Positions 10,104 to 19,902 of a stretch of 64,000 nucleotides of DNA are shown here, one piece after another. A model generated the notes under the pieces. It ran no database searches. It saw only the letters and a program-made list of their open reading frames with translations, and was not told the DNA's origin. Source of the DNA: Candidatus Kapaibacterium sp. (GTDB lineage Bacteria > Bacteroidota > Ignavibacteria > Kapaibacteriales > Kapaibacteriaceae); contig VEQR01000001.1 in the NCBI GenBank assembly GCA_018883125.1, positions 1,497-65,496 of the forward strand, in the 5' to 3' direction. Each line of letters starts with the position of its first letter. Within the stretch, counting starts at the first letter, position 1. The translations under genes were made by a program, and so were the position numbers.

Positions 10104-11021
10104 TCACTCGCTGGCGAGTCCCGCCAGTTTCATCACCGCGTTGACGTAGTCATCGCTGTTGTTGTAGTGGTGGATGGCCTTGCGCTGTTGCTCGGGTGTT
10201 TTACCCCAGCCGGCGCGATCAAGGTAGTTCGCAACGCTAAAGACGGCATCGTCGATCTGGTACAGATCGATGGTGCCGTCGTCATTTCCGTCGGCAGCTG
10301 ACGAAACGTAGGATGACGGCAAAAACTGCGTGAGTCCAAAAGCACCGGCCCACGAGCCCCGTAGAGTAAGCGTGTTCATGGTCTTGCGCATCTGAATCGA
10401 GTGGAGTGCCTTAAGCTGCTGCACAGCCCAATTCACCTTGCGGTCAGCACGCTTGACAAGGGCCTCTCGCACACTGTCTATCTTCGATGAATCGATCGAC
10501 TTCGCCTTCATCACGAGTGCAGTGTTCGACTCGATGAACTCGGACTCGTTGCTCAGCAGTACCGATAGGTACACGCTTGGCACGTGGTGCTTGCCGGTAA
10601 CGCGTCCATGCTTGGTTTCTACCCAGAGTAGGGCCCCGATGATGGAAGGGGGCACACCATGCACAGAGTCTGCCCGCTGAAGTAGGGTCTTGTGACGGTC
10701 TAGAAACTCCCGCACATTCGATACGGCCTCTGCCGACCAGTTGTGTGAATAGTCGGGTTTGGTGGCGAAGTTTGTGACGTTTGTGCGGACGTACTTCTCA
10801 TCGAACGACGTCATCGAATCACGAAGCAGCAGCTCGATGTAGTCTTTGTCCACGCCACGGGAGATCGCAGCATCAGCGGCGCGCGACAGAGGATGAGATG
10901 AGGCGCCAGTCTTTGGTGAACGATCGTCACCATTTGATGTGTCTTGCGTAAATGTTGCCATCGAAACTACGAGTGCAACGACGGAAGTGAGAACGGTCGA
11001 GAGAAGCGGAAGCATATTCAT
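10104..11021 (-). CDS. Lytic murein transglycosylase (MltB-like, SLT_2 domain). The start is taken at a signal-peptide Met; the ORF extends to 11138.
   Basis: C-terminal SWAGAFGLTQFLPSSY...DDGTIDLY...ANYL is typical of MltB-family transglycosylases. The mature protein begins with a signal peptide MNMLPLLSTVLTSVVALVV. Confidence 0.7.
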   Translation of the reverse strand: MNMLPLLSTVLTSVVALVVSMATFTQDTSNGDDRSPKTGASSHPLSRAADAAISRGVDKDYIELLLRDSMTSFDEKYVRTNVTNFATKPDYSHNWSAEAVSNVREFLDRHKTLLQRADSVHGVPPSIIGALLWVETKHGRVTGKHHVPSVYLSVLLSNESEFIESNTALVMKAKSIDSSKIDSVREALVKRADRKVNWAVQQLKALHSIQMRKTMNTLTLRGSWAGAFGLTQFLPSSYVSSAADGNDDGTIDLYQIDDAVFSVANYLDRAGWGKTPEQQRKAIHHYNNSDDYVNAVMKLAGLASE

Positions 11022-11045
11022 CGGACGGGAATCTACGGTACCACT

Positions 11046-11756
11046 ATGACAATGGTCAACACTCGAACCTTTTTGGTCGTCGCGCTCGGCTTTGCTCTGC
11101 CGCTGATGATGTGTGCTCAACCGCGTCTCCAAATGCAATCGTTGGTGGATTGGGGTGTGGTAGTACCCAGTGGATCACTGACGAAGCAAGAGTCCGTCAA
11201 GTATCGCGTTCCGATCAAGAACACCGGAAACAAGACGCTCGTGATCTCGTCGGTACGTCCACAATGCGGATGTACAACAGCGCCACTGGAACGTGACACG
11301 TTACGTCCGGGCGAAGAGACGGGCATGAACATCACCCTCACATTGCCAGCCGGCAGCGGGGTGATCGACAAGTATGTGACGGTGTTCAGCAACGACTCCG
11401 CTGGCAGCCATGTTGTGAAGCTTCGGGCAGAAGTGCAGCGCCCCCTTCAGCTGTCATCAAGCTTTCTGGGGTTTAATCAGGGCTATGTCGGTGAGCCAAC
11501 ACGCTCAAAGATCAAGCTCACAACGCAGGTAGACGAAGATGTGACGATCACAATTGAACCGGTAACGCCCGGCCTGTCGGTCGTTGGCCCGTCAAAACTG
11601 ACAGCTCGCAAAGGCGTTGCCGTTCCGATCGAAGTTGAGTATGTGCCGAACGCGTTCGGTGCGTTCAACGTGGCACTGAAGATCAAGACAACGCTGAAAG
11701 ACTACGAGGTTATCGACATCACCGGCTACGGGATCGCTGACGCTCCGAAGAGGTAA
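11046..11756 (+). CDS. DUF1573 domain-containing secreted protein
   Basis: Signal peptide MTMVNTRTFLVVALGFALP. DUF1573 core with IKNTGNKTLVISSVRPQCGCT followed by a second beta-rich domain. The ORF track starts upstream at 10944, and the signal-peptide Met is preferred. Confidence 0.65.
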   Translation: MTMVNTRTFLVVALGFALPLMMCAQPRLQMQSLVDWGVVVPSGSLTKQESVKYRVPIKNTGNKTLVISSVRPQCGCTTAPLERDTLRPGEETGMNITLTLPAGSGVIDKYVTVFSNDSAGSHVVKLRAEVQRPLQLSSSFLGFNQGYVGEPTRSKIKLTTQVDEDVTITIEPVTPGLSVVGPSKLTARKGVAVPIEVEYVPNAFGAFNVALKIKTTLKDYEVIDITGYGIADAPKR

Positions 11757-13590
11757 CCCGCTCGTAGATGATAAAACCGCCATCGCGATATCTCTCACGA
11801 AGCGTTGGCACGGTTGACCAGTTTGTAGCATCATTGATGCGACATACAAAAGTGGCCCGACGGTCGATGTCGCCGTTGATCAGCCACGGTTCCCAATCAT
11901 CGGCCGCGATGCCCTTGGCGGCAGAACTCAAGTGGTATGGCTTCTGCGTGTAGAAGAGATGCGCATAGCTCTTCATGGTGAGGGGCTTTACATACACATC
12001 CTTGCCCCTCAATGACTGATAGAAGTCAAGAGCAGCCCCCTGCGAATAGGCCTCGATCTTCGGAGCAACAAGAGGAAGAAACGTGAAGACGAACACCATC
12101 ACACTGGCGTACAGTGTGATGAGTCCGGCAAGGGGCTTGCGTTTACGCAGGATTACGTTCACGACTGCGCCCGCGATGAGCACGAGTCCAATCAATGGCT
12201 CTACACCCAACCACTCAACATTGCGTGACATTGCCTCGCGAAGAAACGGATCGCGAAACGATGGCAGCGAGAGCATCCACTCGCTGTGCATGAATGCAAG
12301 CGGAACGATAATGGCTATCCCACCAAGCAGGAAAGAATGCGCAAGGATGATGAACGATGTGAGGTATGGGGTTCTGTAGGGGCGAGACGCAGTCTCGCCC
12401 GTGTTCATCATGTCGTGGTGGCGAGACGCAGTCTCGCCCGTGTTCATCATGTCGTGGTGGCGAGACGCAGTCTCGCCCGTGTTCATCATGTCGTGGTGGC
12501 GAGACGCAGTCTCGCCCGTGTTCATCATGTCGTAGGGGCGAGACGCAGTTTCGCCCGTGTTCATCAGGCCCCTTCTCACGATCCACATCGCCGCCAGGTA
12601 GGTCAGCGGGATGTAGGCCATAGAGCTGTAGTGGACGATCTTGGTGGTGACGGCGGAGAAGACCACCAGGACAACGAAGAAGAGTGCCGTCATCCACTGA
12701 CGCATGCGCTGAACGTCTGCGGTTTCGTCCTGTGCTGCCCGTAGTCCGCCAAAGAAAAACACCGATGATGGATAACAGCCGATCAACAGAACGATGCTGT
12801 GATAATACCACGGTTGGGCGTGGCCGGCCTCGCCGGTTGTGAGCAGACGCCACTGGTAGTGAATGTTCTCGAGTAGGAAGGTTGGCCCGTTCTGCATGGC
12901 ATCAATGCCAAGCCAGACTGCCGGAAGCGTCAGGGCCGTGACGGTGATGATGGCAAGATCTCTGATCGGGAAGGCAATGGCGGTTGACCGTCGCTGCCAT
13001 ATCCACATCACCAGTGCTGTAAGAACAACAAGCCCAAGGCCCACGGGCCCCTTCGTCATGACGGCAAGGCTTGCATACAGTCCGGCCTGAAAGGGGCGCC
13101 CCTTCCCTTCAAGCTGACCTCTGATGATCTGCCAGATGGACAGGAAGATGAACAGATTGAAGGTCGGGTCGATGATTCCCGAGCGTGCATAGAAGTGGGG
13201 AAGGAGCGTGCCGAGATACACCATCGGCCAGAGAACTCCCATGGCACTCCCGCCAATGCGACGTCCGATGTGATGCAGCACCAAGAGCGTGATGACCCCG
13301 ACGATGGCATTGGGAAGTCTCGCAGCAAACTCGTTGATGCCGAAGACGTGCATCGATAGTGCCTGCATCCATACGAAGAGAGGGGGCTTTTCGGTGAACG
13401 GACGATAATCGATTTGCATATGCAGATAATCGCCCGTAGCGATCATCTCGCGCGCGCATTCGGCAAAGTTGATCTCGTCCCAGTCGAACAGGCGCACCGA
13501 CCCCAGAAAGGGTATAAAGAGGAGAAGTCCAACGGCGAGGATCAGCAGGCGCTGCCGCCGCACATCATGTAAGGTGGCGCTTGTGTTCAC
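11719..13590 (-). CDS. ArnT/PMT-like membrane glycosyltransferase (GT39/GT83 fold) carrying an internal 13-aa tandem repeat
   Basis: N-terminus LFDWDEINFAECAREMIATGDYL...FTEKPPLFVWMQA and its multi-TM topology are typical of ArnT/dolichyl-phosphate-mannose protein mannosyltransferase-like enzymes. There is an internal (MMNTGETASRHHD)x~6 insertion. Confidence 0.75.
   Translation of the reverse strand: MNTSATLHDVRRQRLLILAVGLLLFIPFLGSVRLFDWDEINFAECAREMIATGDYLHMQIDYRPFTEKPPLFVWMQALSMHVFGINEFAARLPNAIVGVITLLVLHHIGRRIGGSAMGVLWPMVYLGTLLPHFYARSGIIDPTFNLFIFLSIWQIIRGQLEGKGRPFQAGLYASLAVMTKGPVGLGLVVLTALVMWIWQRRSTAIAFPIRDLAIITVTALTLPAVWLGIDAMQNGPTFLLENIHYQWRLLTTGEAGHAQPWYYHSIVLLIGCYPSSVFFFGGLRAAQDETADVQRMRQWMTALFFVVLVVFSAVTTKIVHYSSMAYIPLTYLAAMWIVRRGLMNTGETASRPYDMMNTGETASRHHDMMNTGETASRHHDMMNTGETASRHHDMMNTGETASRPYRTPYLTSFIILAHSFLLGGIAIIVPLAFMHSEWMLSLPSFRDPFLREAMSRNVEWLGVEPLIGLVLIAGAVVNVILRKRKPLAGLITLYASVMVFVFTFLPLVAPKIEAYSQGAALDFYQSLRGKDVYVKPLTMKSYAHLFYTQKPYHLSSAAKGIAADDWEPWLINGDIDRRATFVCRINDATNWSTVPTLRERYRDGGFIIYERVTSSERQRSRSR
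12366..12585. repeat. 39-bp tandem repeat (about 6 copies) inside the ArnT-like CDS. Each unit contains the palindrome GGGGCGAGACGCAGTCTCGCCC.
   Basis: Perfect 39-nt periodicity read from the sequence. It is in-frame, encoding MMNTGETASRHHD units. The same palindrome occurs intergenically at about 41377 and, as a variant, at 24520-24640. Confidence 0.9.
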
Positions 13591-15796
13591 CGCGCAAAAA
13601 TACCCATGGCAGCATGCTCATGAGTCCGATCAATGCAGACAACACCATTGGAAACAGTGCTTCGAGACCAGCGTCTCCGATCTCGTAGTATGACTGGACG
13701 ATGCTGATCAAAGGAATGGAGGTAGGTAGGATCATGAATGTGATCAGGGCAGCAAGCATGCAGCAGGAGAGAAGTGACAGCCGCAGACTCTCGGAGGTAG
13801 ACATTGTGTCGATCACGATCAGTCGACCCAGGAGGGACGAGATCAAGGTGATGACCAGCAACGAGGTAATCTGCGGATGATCGCCAAACACCGTCAACAC
13901 TATGAAGTATGACGCAAAGATCTCTGCCGCTGTAAACAGCATCTTACCTAGTAACTCCGAAAAGAAACGTCGGGTAGGTGCAGTCATCGATGCCCGTGTG
14001 GCGAGAATGAGCGAAGGAAGCGCAACTCCAAGCAAGCTCAGCAATGCACCACGGCGGGGACTCAGATGATAGTCCAAATGGGCGAAAGTTGTCAACGCAT
14101 TCAGCATCACGAGAACTAGGTTCTTGCTCATGAACAAGACGGCTACAGCCATCACAATGCGCACCGCCCGGCGTCCCTCGTTGATCATTTCAGGGAATGA
14201 AGCAAATGCCGAAGGCGATAGGACGATGTCGGCAGAAGTACGTGTAGCCTGAGCGCTATTGTCCATTGCGATTCCGACATGCGCCTCCTTCATGGCCGGA
14301 AGATCGTTGATACCGTCACCGATCATCACAACGGTCGATGTTCTGGCAAGCGAAGAGATGATCTGCTTCTTATCCAATGGAGTGCAGCGTGTAAACACAT
14401 CCGTCGGCGAGATCGCGTTGGCGAGTTTCAGCGTCTCAAGGGTTCCGTTGACTGATTCCTCGGCATCCCCGGAGAGGATCACTCGGCGCATACCCAATTG
14501 AGCGAAAGAGTCGATGGTCTGCGCAGCATCCTCTCGCACCGCGTCCTTGATTACCACGGCGCAGATTGGATCAACATGCCGTCCGGTGGGTGCATCGAGC
14601 AGCGTCGTGGCTACGACAACAGTCCGCAGGCGCTCCAGGCCCTGCCGCTCGAGTGTCGCAGTGAGTTCTTCCCACGCCGGGTGTTGCTTTGTGAGGACCA
14701 CTTCGGGAGCACCGATAACCCACCAGGTTCCATCGGTTTGCCGGCATGCACTGTACTTACGCTCGGAGGAGAACGGAACAACGGCAGTAGCAGGAACATT
14801 CCGCACCTGACCGTTGGTGGCTCGAAGTGCCTCAGCCATACGCCCCTCGTCGTTGATGGCCTCTGCGATGCCGGCAACCAGATCCCGACACTCCTCGTCG
14901 GAGCGAGTCGACATCGAGACGATGGCTCCTACGACGAGTTGATTGGTTGTGAGCGTTCCTGTTTTGTCGAAGCACACCACATCGGCGCTGGCTAGTCCCT
15001 CGAGAGCGGCAAGCTTCTGCACCGTCACGCCCAGCCTTGCCATACGAACGATTCCCATGATGAAGGTGATCGTCGAGAAGAAGACCAGACCCTCGGGAAT
15101 CATGCCGAGCACGAGTGTTGCCACACGTCGTATAGAATCAACATCCGTTACGATTGACTGTCCTGACAGAGCAACATCGATAGCCGCAAGTACCAGCGCC
15201 AGCACGAAGCTCGACGTGAAGAGGATGTTGACGCGTCGTTGAAGGGGCGATGGGCTGAGGTCGACCTTCTTTGCCAGTGCCTCGATGTGTGTGGCTTGCG
15301 TTTCGTCACCCGTGGCCGTTACACGCATAGTGAATGAGCCCGCCACACACCACGCACCCGCCGGCACGAGCGTACCGCCTGAGATCGGTTGCGGATCGGA
15401 TTCGCCCGTCATGAGGGACACGTCCATCTCCGCCCCTCGCGTGGTCAAACACTGGCCATCTGCGGGTACTGCCTCGCCCCTTTGCAACGATATGACATCG
15501 CCGACGCGAACCTCTTCAGGCTGAACGGTGATCGATATCTCTCCTCTCAGGACCGAGACGGGCGCTCGAAGCACGATGGTTGTGCGCTCCAAAGCTCGAT
15601 GTGCGCGCGCTTCCTGGATGATGGCCAGGACAGTATTCGCGATCACTACCGTTATCACGCCGAAGGAGTCCCAGATGAGGCGCACATCACCGGTACTCTG
15701 CCAAGCCACAACCAGCGCTCCAACGACAATCGCGTTGATGAGGTTGAACGGCGTGAAAGTGTTTTCTGCAACGATCAATGGTGCTGATTTTGGCAT
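13565..15796 (-). CDS. Cation-transporting P-type ATPase (HAD superfamily; P2/P3-like)
   Basis: 743 aa with the phosphorylation motif VCFDKTGTLT, a TGES-like actuator region, the hinge MIGDGINDLPAMKEAHVGIAM, and 8-10 TM helices. Confidence 0.85.
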   Translation of the reverse strand: MPKSAPLIVAENTFTPFNLINAIVVGALVVAWQSTGDVRLIWDSFGVITVVIANTVLAIIQEARAHRALERTTIVLRAPVSVLRGEISITVQPEEVRVGDVISLQRGEAVPADGQCLTTRGAEMDVSLMTGESDPQPISGGTLVPAGAWCVAGSFTMRVTATGDETQATHIEALAKKVDLSPSPLQRRVNILFTSSFVLALVLAAIDVALSGQSIVTDVDSIRRVATLVLGMIPEGLVFFSTITFIMGIVRMARLGVTVQKLAALEGLASADVVCFDKTGTLTTNQLVVGAIVSMSTRSDEECRDLVAGIAEAINDEGRMAEALRATNGQVRNVPATAVVPFSSERKYSACRQTDGTWWVIGAPEVVLTKQHPAWEELTATLERQGLERLRTVVVATTLLDAPTGRHVDPICAVVIKDAVREDAAQTIDSFAQLGMRRVILSGDAEESVNGTLETLKLANAISPTDVFTRCTPLDKKQIISSLARTSTVVMIGDGINDLPAMKEAHVGIAMDNSAQATRTSADIVLSPSAFASFPEMINEGRRAVRIVMAVAVLFMSKNLVLVMLNALTTFAHLDYHLSPRRGALLSLLGVALPSLILATRASMTAPTRRFFSELLGKMLFTAAEIFASYFIVLTVFGDHPQITSLLVITLISSLLGRLIVIDTMSTSESLRLSLLSCCMLAALITFMILPTSIPLISIVQSYYEIGDAGLEALFPMVLSALIGLMSMLPWVFLRGEHKRHLT

Positions 15797-15889
15797 TCAA
15801 GCAAAGCTAGAGCGAAGCGCATTTCCATTGAGTAACATGTTGTGAAGATGAACCTGAGCTAACGTAGGGCAATCGATTTTTACGTCGCA

Positions 15890-16459
15890 ATGAACTTCGC
15901 ATGGACAATTCTGTTCGTCTTCATCGTCGGAAGCATCTGCTTTCGGATACTGCGTTGGCTTACCACTCCCTTGCTACGCAGGATGGGCTTCTACACATAC
16001 TATGCACCGCTCTTCTTCATTCAGCCATTTGGTCGCGGTCAGGTGGAGATTCACCTCGGCACGACGTGGGATCTTATGTGGGCAAGACAGCTCACGGCTC
16101 GAACACTGATGTCGAGTCTTGTCCAAGGAGTTTCGGGAGTCGTTGCTGATGCGAAGAGTGGCAGATTGGAACGGTCGCTCAAGTTGAGAGCAACCACATA
16201 CTTCCTTTCAGAAGAGACTCTCCTCAAGTTCGGATTTACTGTTAGACGTCCCAACCCATTTGAATACTTCGCCTTTGCCGCGAACTACTTGGAGGTATTT
16301 CTGATCAGATGCATCGTTGCGGGTCGGCCCCGGCTGATTGATATCCGGCGTCTTCGCATGGCCGAAATAACGATCGAACGCCTGATTGAAAATGAGGTCG
16401 CCTTCGGTAGGCTTATACCTATCCTAATTCGCTCTAGCGGCAGATCACAGACCTTGTAA
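15890..16459 (+). CDS. Hypothetical protein (only long ORF in a locally lower-GC region)
   Basis: 189-aa ORF with an N-terminal hydrophobic segment and no recognisable family. Its GC looks lower than the surroundings by eye. Confidence 0.3.
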   Translation: MNFAWTILFVFIVGSICFRILRWLTTPLLRRMGFYTYYAPLFFIQPFGRGQVEIHLGTTWDLMWARQLTARTLMSSLVQGVSGVVADAKSGRLERSLKLRATTYFLSEETLLKFGFTVRRPNPFEYFAFAANYLEVFLIRCIVAGRPRLIDIRRLRMAEITIERLIENEVAFGRLIPILIRSSGRSQTL

Positions 16460-16582
16460 CCGAGCTCCTTAAACCAGTATCTTCAGAGTGTAGTCCGCAA
16501 CTCGCGCTCCTGCTGCAGACGGGTTGAGACATGAATTGTCCTACCAGAGAATTGATCACAAATGGAACCGCAAGGAGGCTAG

Positions 16583-18277
16583 ATGGCTTCATTGACACAG
16601 TATTCAGGTCCATGGACTCGGCGCGAGGCAGCGCATCTGCTGCGTCGGGCTACTTTCGGTGCCAGTATCGCCGAGATTGATGCTGCTGTGAAGGCAGGAC
16701 TTGGCAGCACCATAAAGGCACTGTTCACGCCTCAACCGACACCCAAGCCGCCGGTCAACACCGCCGATGGGTCGAAGTGGATCCCAGATGCGGGCAAGGT
16801 GTGGACCACCACGTCCGTGTTTGCCGATCCGAACGACTCTTCAACTTCGACGGCGTATGACATTCGCAAGGGTCCGGCGTTCTACAACGGCATCACCAAG
16901 ACGTGGTGGTCGCAGCAGATGATCCTGAATCCACCATCGATTCAGGAAAAGCTCGCCTTGTTCTGGTCCAACCATTTTGCAACGGAAATGAGTGTTGTTC
17001 AGCACTCAATCCTGTCCTTCGAGCTCCTAGCGTACTTCCGCGCCAATGCGTTTGGGAGCTTTAAGTCAATTGCCCGACGTGTGACGTTCGACGGTGCAAT
17101 GCTGCGGTATCTCAATGGCAATGTGAATACCAAGGGCAGTCCGAATGAGAACTATGGCCGCGAGCTTCAGGAGCTCTTCACCATCGGCAAGGGACCGGAG
17201 ATATCTCAAGGTGATTACACGACCTACACCGAGCAGGACGTTCGTGCTGCCGCTCGAGTCCTTACCGGCTGGAGGGAGTTTGGTGTGCGCGACCTGGTAC
17301 TAACGGCCAACGATCTTGATCTTCGCGACAATCTGCCAAAGAGTGCAGCGGTCTTCCCGGACAATCCCAACGCCGTCTTTGTGCTGACGCAGCACGATAC
17401 CGGCGACAAGCAATTCTCGCAGCGATACGGCAATCGCGTCATCAAGGGTCGCAATACGGTTCAGGGGGCTATCGCAGAGGTTGATGAGCTGCTCGACATG
17501 ATCTTTGAGCAGAATGCTACGGCCGAGTACCTTGTGCTGCGCCTCTACCGCTGGTTCGTTAACAGTGATGTGAACGACGAGATCCGCAACGACATCATCA
17601 AGCCCCTTGCCAGTCAGCTCCGTAACAACAGCTATAACGTTGGACCAATACTCCAGTCGCTGCTGTCGTCGGAGCACTTTTTCGACGCTGCCCTCAGGGG
17701 CTGTCAGCTGCGCTCGCCGGCTGACATGGTCATCGGGCTGATGAGAGCCGTTCCGGGCTGGAAACCGCTGATTGATCCGACACTCGAAACGCGGTTCTAT
17801 GGCGGCATCGCCACATCCCTTGCCGCCCAGCAGATGGACCTGAACGAGCCCGCCAGCGTGGCCGGCTGGGAGGCGTATTATCAGTCGCCGGACTTCTATC
17901 GCATGTGGCTGACAACGGCAACACTCCCGCTTCGCAATGGGTTTACCGATGCGCTTCTGACAAACAACGCTGCTCTCGGAAGGAAGCCGATCCTCGACAC
18001 TGTTGCCTTCGTCAAACAGCTGCAAGGGGCGAGCGACTCGCTGGATATGATCAACCAGCTGAATGAGATCTTCTTTGCCGTTCCGTTCACCGAATCAACA
18101 ACAATGATGCTGGCCGAAGAAGTGCTGATGAACGGCGGACGCTACTATGAGTGGGCGACGCTGTGGAATGCGCACATTGCTGATCCGACAAAGACATCGG
18201 CCTTCAATGCCGTTCGTACACCGCTGGACCGTTTGTTCAAGTATCTGTTCCGCATGGCGGAGTTCCAACTCGGATAA
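16583..18277 (+). CDS. DUF1800 family protein
   Basis: N-terminal AAHLLRRATFGAS motif and overall length are typical of DUF1800. It is followed by its usual DUF1501 partner. Confidence 0.8.
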   Translation: MASLTQYSGPWTRREAAHLLRRATFGASIAEIDAAVKAGLGSTIKALFTPQPTPKPPVNTADGSKWIPDAGKVWTTTSVFADPNDSSTSTAYDIRKGPAFYNGITKTWWSQQMILNPPSIQEKLALFWSNHFATEMSVVQHSILSFELLAYFRANAFGSFKSIARRVTFDGAMLRYLNGNVNTKGSPNENYGRELQELFTIGKGPEISQGDYTTYTEQDVRAAARVLTGWREFGVRDLVLTANDLDLRDNLPKSAAVFPDNPNAVFVLTQHDTGDKQFSQRYGNRVIKGRNTVQGAIAEVDELLDMIFEQNATAEYLVLRLYRWFVNSDVNDEIRNDIIKPLASQLRNNSYNVGPILQSLLSSEHFFDAALRGCQLRSPADMVIGLMRAVPGWKPLIDPTLETRFYGGIATSLAAQQMDLNEPASVAGWEAYYQSPDFYRMWLTTATLPLRNGFTDALLTNNAALGRKPILDTVAFVKQLQGASDSLDMINQLNEIFFAVPFTESTTMMLAEEVLMNGGRYYEWATLWNAHIADPTKTSAFNAVRTPLDRLFKYLFRMAEFQLG

Positions 18278-18289
18278 GGAGACACGACC

Positions 18290-19900
18290 ATGAAAAACGA
18301 ACCAACGTTCAAGGGGCTTTCCCGCCGGTCATTCATCGCCCGGGCCACGGGAGCCGTTACCCTGCCGATCCTGTTCAATGGTCTGCCCCTTAAGGCCTTT
18401 GATGGCCCGGCTCTGCATGACCTCTACAACGTGGAAGCGGAAACAGATCGCGTACTTGTGCTTGTGCAGCTCAATGGCGGGAATGACGGTCTCAATACGG
18501 TGATCCCGCTCAACGACTATTCGACGTATGCCAAGCTCCGCCCCAACATTGCCATTCCGGAGAAGTCGGCTCTAAAGCTGACGTCCGGTGCCGGACTTCA
18601 TCCGAACATGACCGGTATGCAGCAGCTCTGGGACGAGAAGAAGCTGGGAATCATCCAGGGCGTGTCGTATCCGAATCCCAATCTTTCTCACTTCCGCTCT
18701 ACCGACATCTGGATGAGCGCCAGTGCCTCAAATGTGAATGAGACCACCGGTTGGCTTGGTCGGTATCTGAACATGGAGTATCCCAACTATCCGCAGGGAT
18801 TTCCAAATGCTGCCATGCCGGACCCGATTGCCATTCAAATGGCGGCGGTGGTAGGGCTTTCCCTCACGGGTCTCGAGCACCAGTCGATGGGCATTGCCCT
18901 GCAGGATCCCGAGACGTTCTATCGTCTCGTCAGCGGCACCGATGCCCCGGGATCGGACCTCCCGTCAACCAAGCTTGCCGCTGCCAATATCACCTACGTC
19001 CGCGAGGTGCAAACCAAGTCCATGCAGTTTAGCACCGTCATCAAAGCGGCTGCCGATAAGGCCAAAAACATCGAGACTTATCCAGCCGGAAACAAGCTTG
19101 CCGATCAGCTGAAGGTTGTTGCACGCCTGATTGCCGGTGGACTCAAGACCCGCGTGTACGTTGTGCAGTTAGGGGGCTTTGACACGCACGCCGGCCAGAC
19201 AGATTCAACAGAACCAACGAAGGGTACGCATGCAAACCTGCTGGAGATGGTCTCGCAGGCAATGACCGCATTCCAGCGCGACATCGAAAAGCTTGGTGCC
19301 GCAGACCGCGTTGTTGCAATGACCTTCTCCGAGTTCGGACGTCGCGCAAATTCGAACGAGAGCTATGGAACCGATCACGGCACCTCGGCACCAATGTTCA
19401 TCCTGGGGAGCCCCGTTCAGGAAGGGATCACGGGAACGAGTCCTGACCTCTCAAAACTCAAGGACGACAACCTGCCGATTCAGTTCGACTTCCGTCAGGT
19501 CTATGCCAGCATCCTCGAGCAGTGGTTCGGTGCCAAGAAGTCCGTGGTCAAACAGGTCCTCTTTGACAATTTCGATACGGTCAAGGTGATCAAGGGGCAA
19601 ACCACCTCGGTTGACGAAGCGCCAAGTGTTTCAACACAGGTATTTACTCTCTCACCAGTCGCACCAAACCCAGTGCGCAGCGACGCTTCCGTTTCGTACG
19701 ATCTGCGTTCCGAGGGCATGGTCCATCTGAACCTCTTCGATAATCTCGGCCTGCATGTTGCGACACTTGTGGCTGAGTACCAAGGCGTTGGCTCATACAG
19801 CATACCGCTCACCGCCAGCAACCTTCCGAGTGGATCATACGTCATCGAACTGCGTTTCGGCAATGATCGTGCTCATCAGGTGATGGTGGTGGCGAGGTAG
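18290..19900 (+). CDS. DUF1501 family protein with a Tat signal peptide and a C-terminal T9SS sorting domain
   Basis: Twin-arginine motif LSRRSFIARATGAV. DUF1501 (sulfatase-like) core. C-terminal roughly 90 aa (FTLSPVAPNPVRSDASVSYDL...VHLNLFDNLGLHVATLV...GSYVIELRF) matches the T9SS C-terminal-domain signature. Confidence 0.8.
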   Translation: MKNEPTFKGLSRRSFIARATGAVTLPILFNGLPLKAFDGPALHDLYNVEAETDRVLVLVQLNGGNDGLNTVIPLNDYSTYAKLRPNIAIPEKSALKLTSGAGLHPNMTGMQQLWDEKKLGIIQGVSYPNPNLSHFRSTDIWMSASASNVNETTGWLGRYLNMEYPNYPQGFPNAAMPDPIAIQMAAVVGLSLTGLEHQSMGIALQDPETFYRLVSGTDAPGSDLPSTKLAAANITYVREVQTKSMQFSTVIKAAADKAKNIETYPAGNKLADQLKVVARLIAGGLKTRVYVVQLGGFDTHAGQTDSTEPTKGTHANLLEMVSQAMTAFQRDIEKLGAADRVVAMTFSEFGRRANSNESYGTDHGTSAPMFILGSPVQEGITGTSPDLSKLKDDNLPIQFDFRQVYASILEQWFGAKKSVVKQVLFDNFDTVKVIKGQTTSVDEAPSVSTQVFTLSPVAPNPVRSDASVSYDLRSEGMVHLNLFDNLGLHVATLVAEYQGVGSYSIPLTASNLPSGSYVIELRFGNDRAHQVMVVAR

Positions 19901-19902
19901 GC

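Noticed and set aside
12215-12853. Alternative-frame ORFs (12215..12853 minus; 12286..12744 and 12366..12623 plus) with RRSLARVHHVVVA / GETQSRPCSSCRG repeats
   Set aside because: They are translations of the 39-bp palindromic repeat in other frames or on the other strand. The ArnT-like frame is supported by family similarity on both sides of the repeat.
17300-18025. 241-aa minus-strand ORF
   Set aside because: It is antisense to the DUF1800 gene, which carries the diagnostic HLLRRATFG motif.
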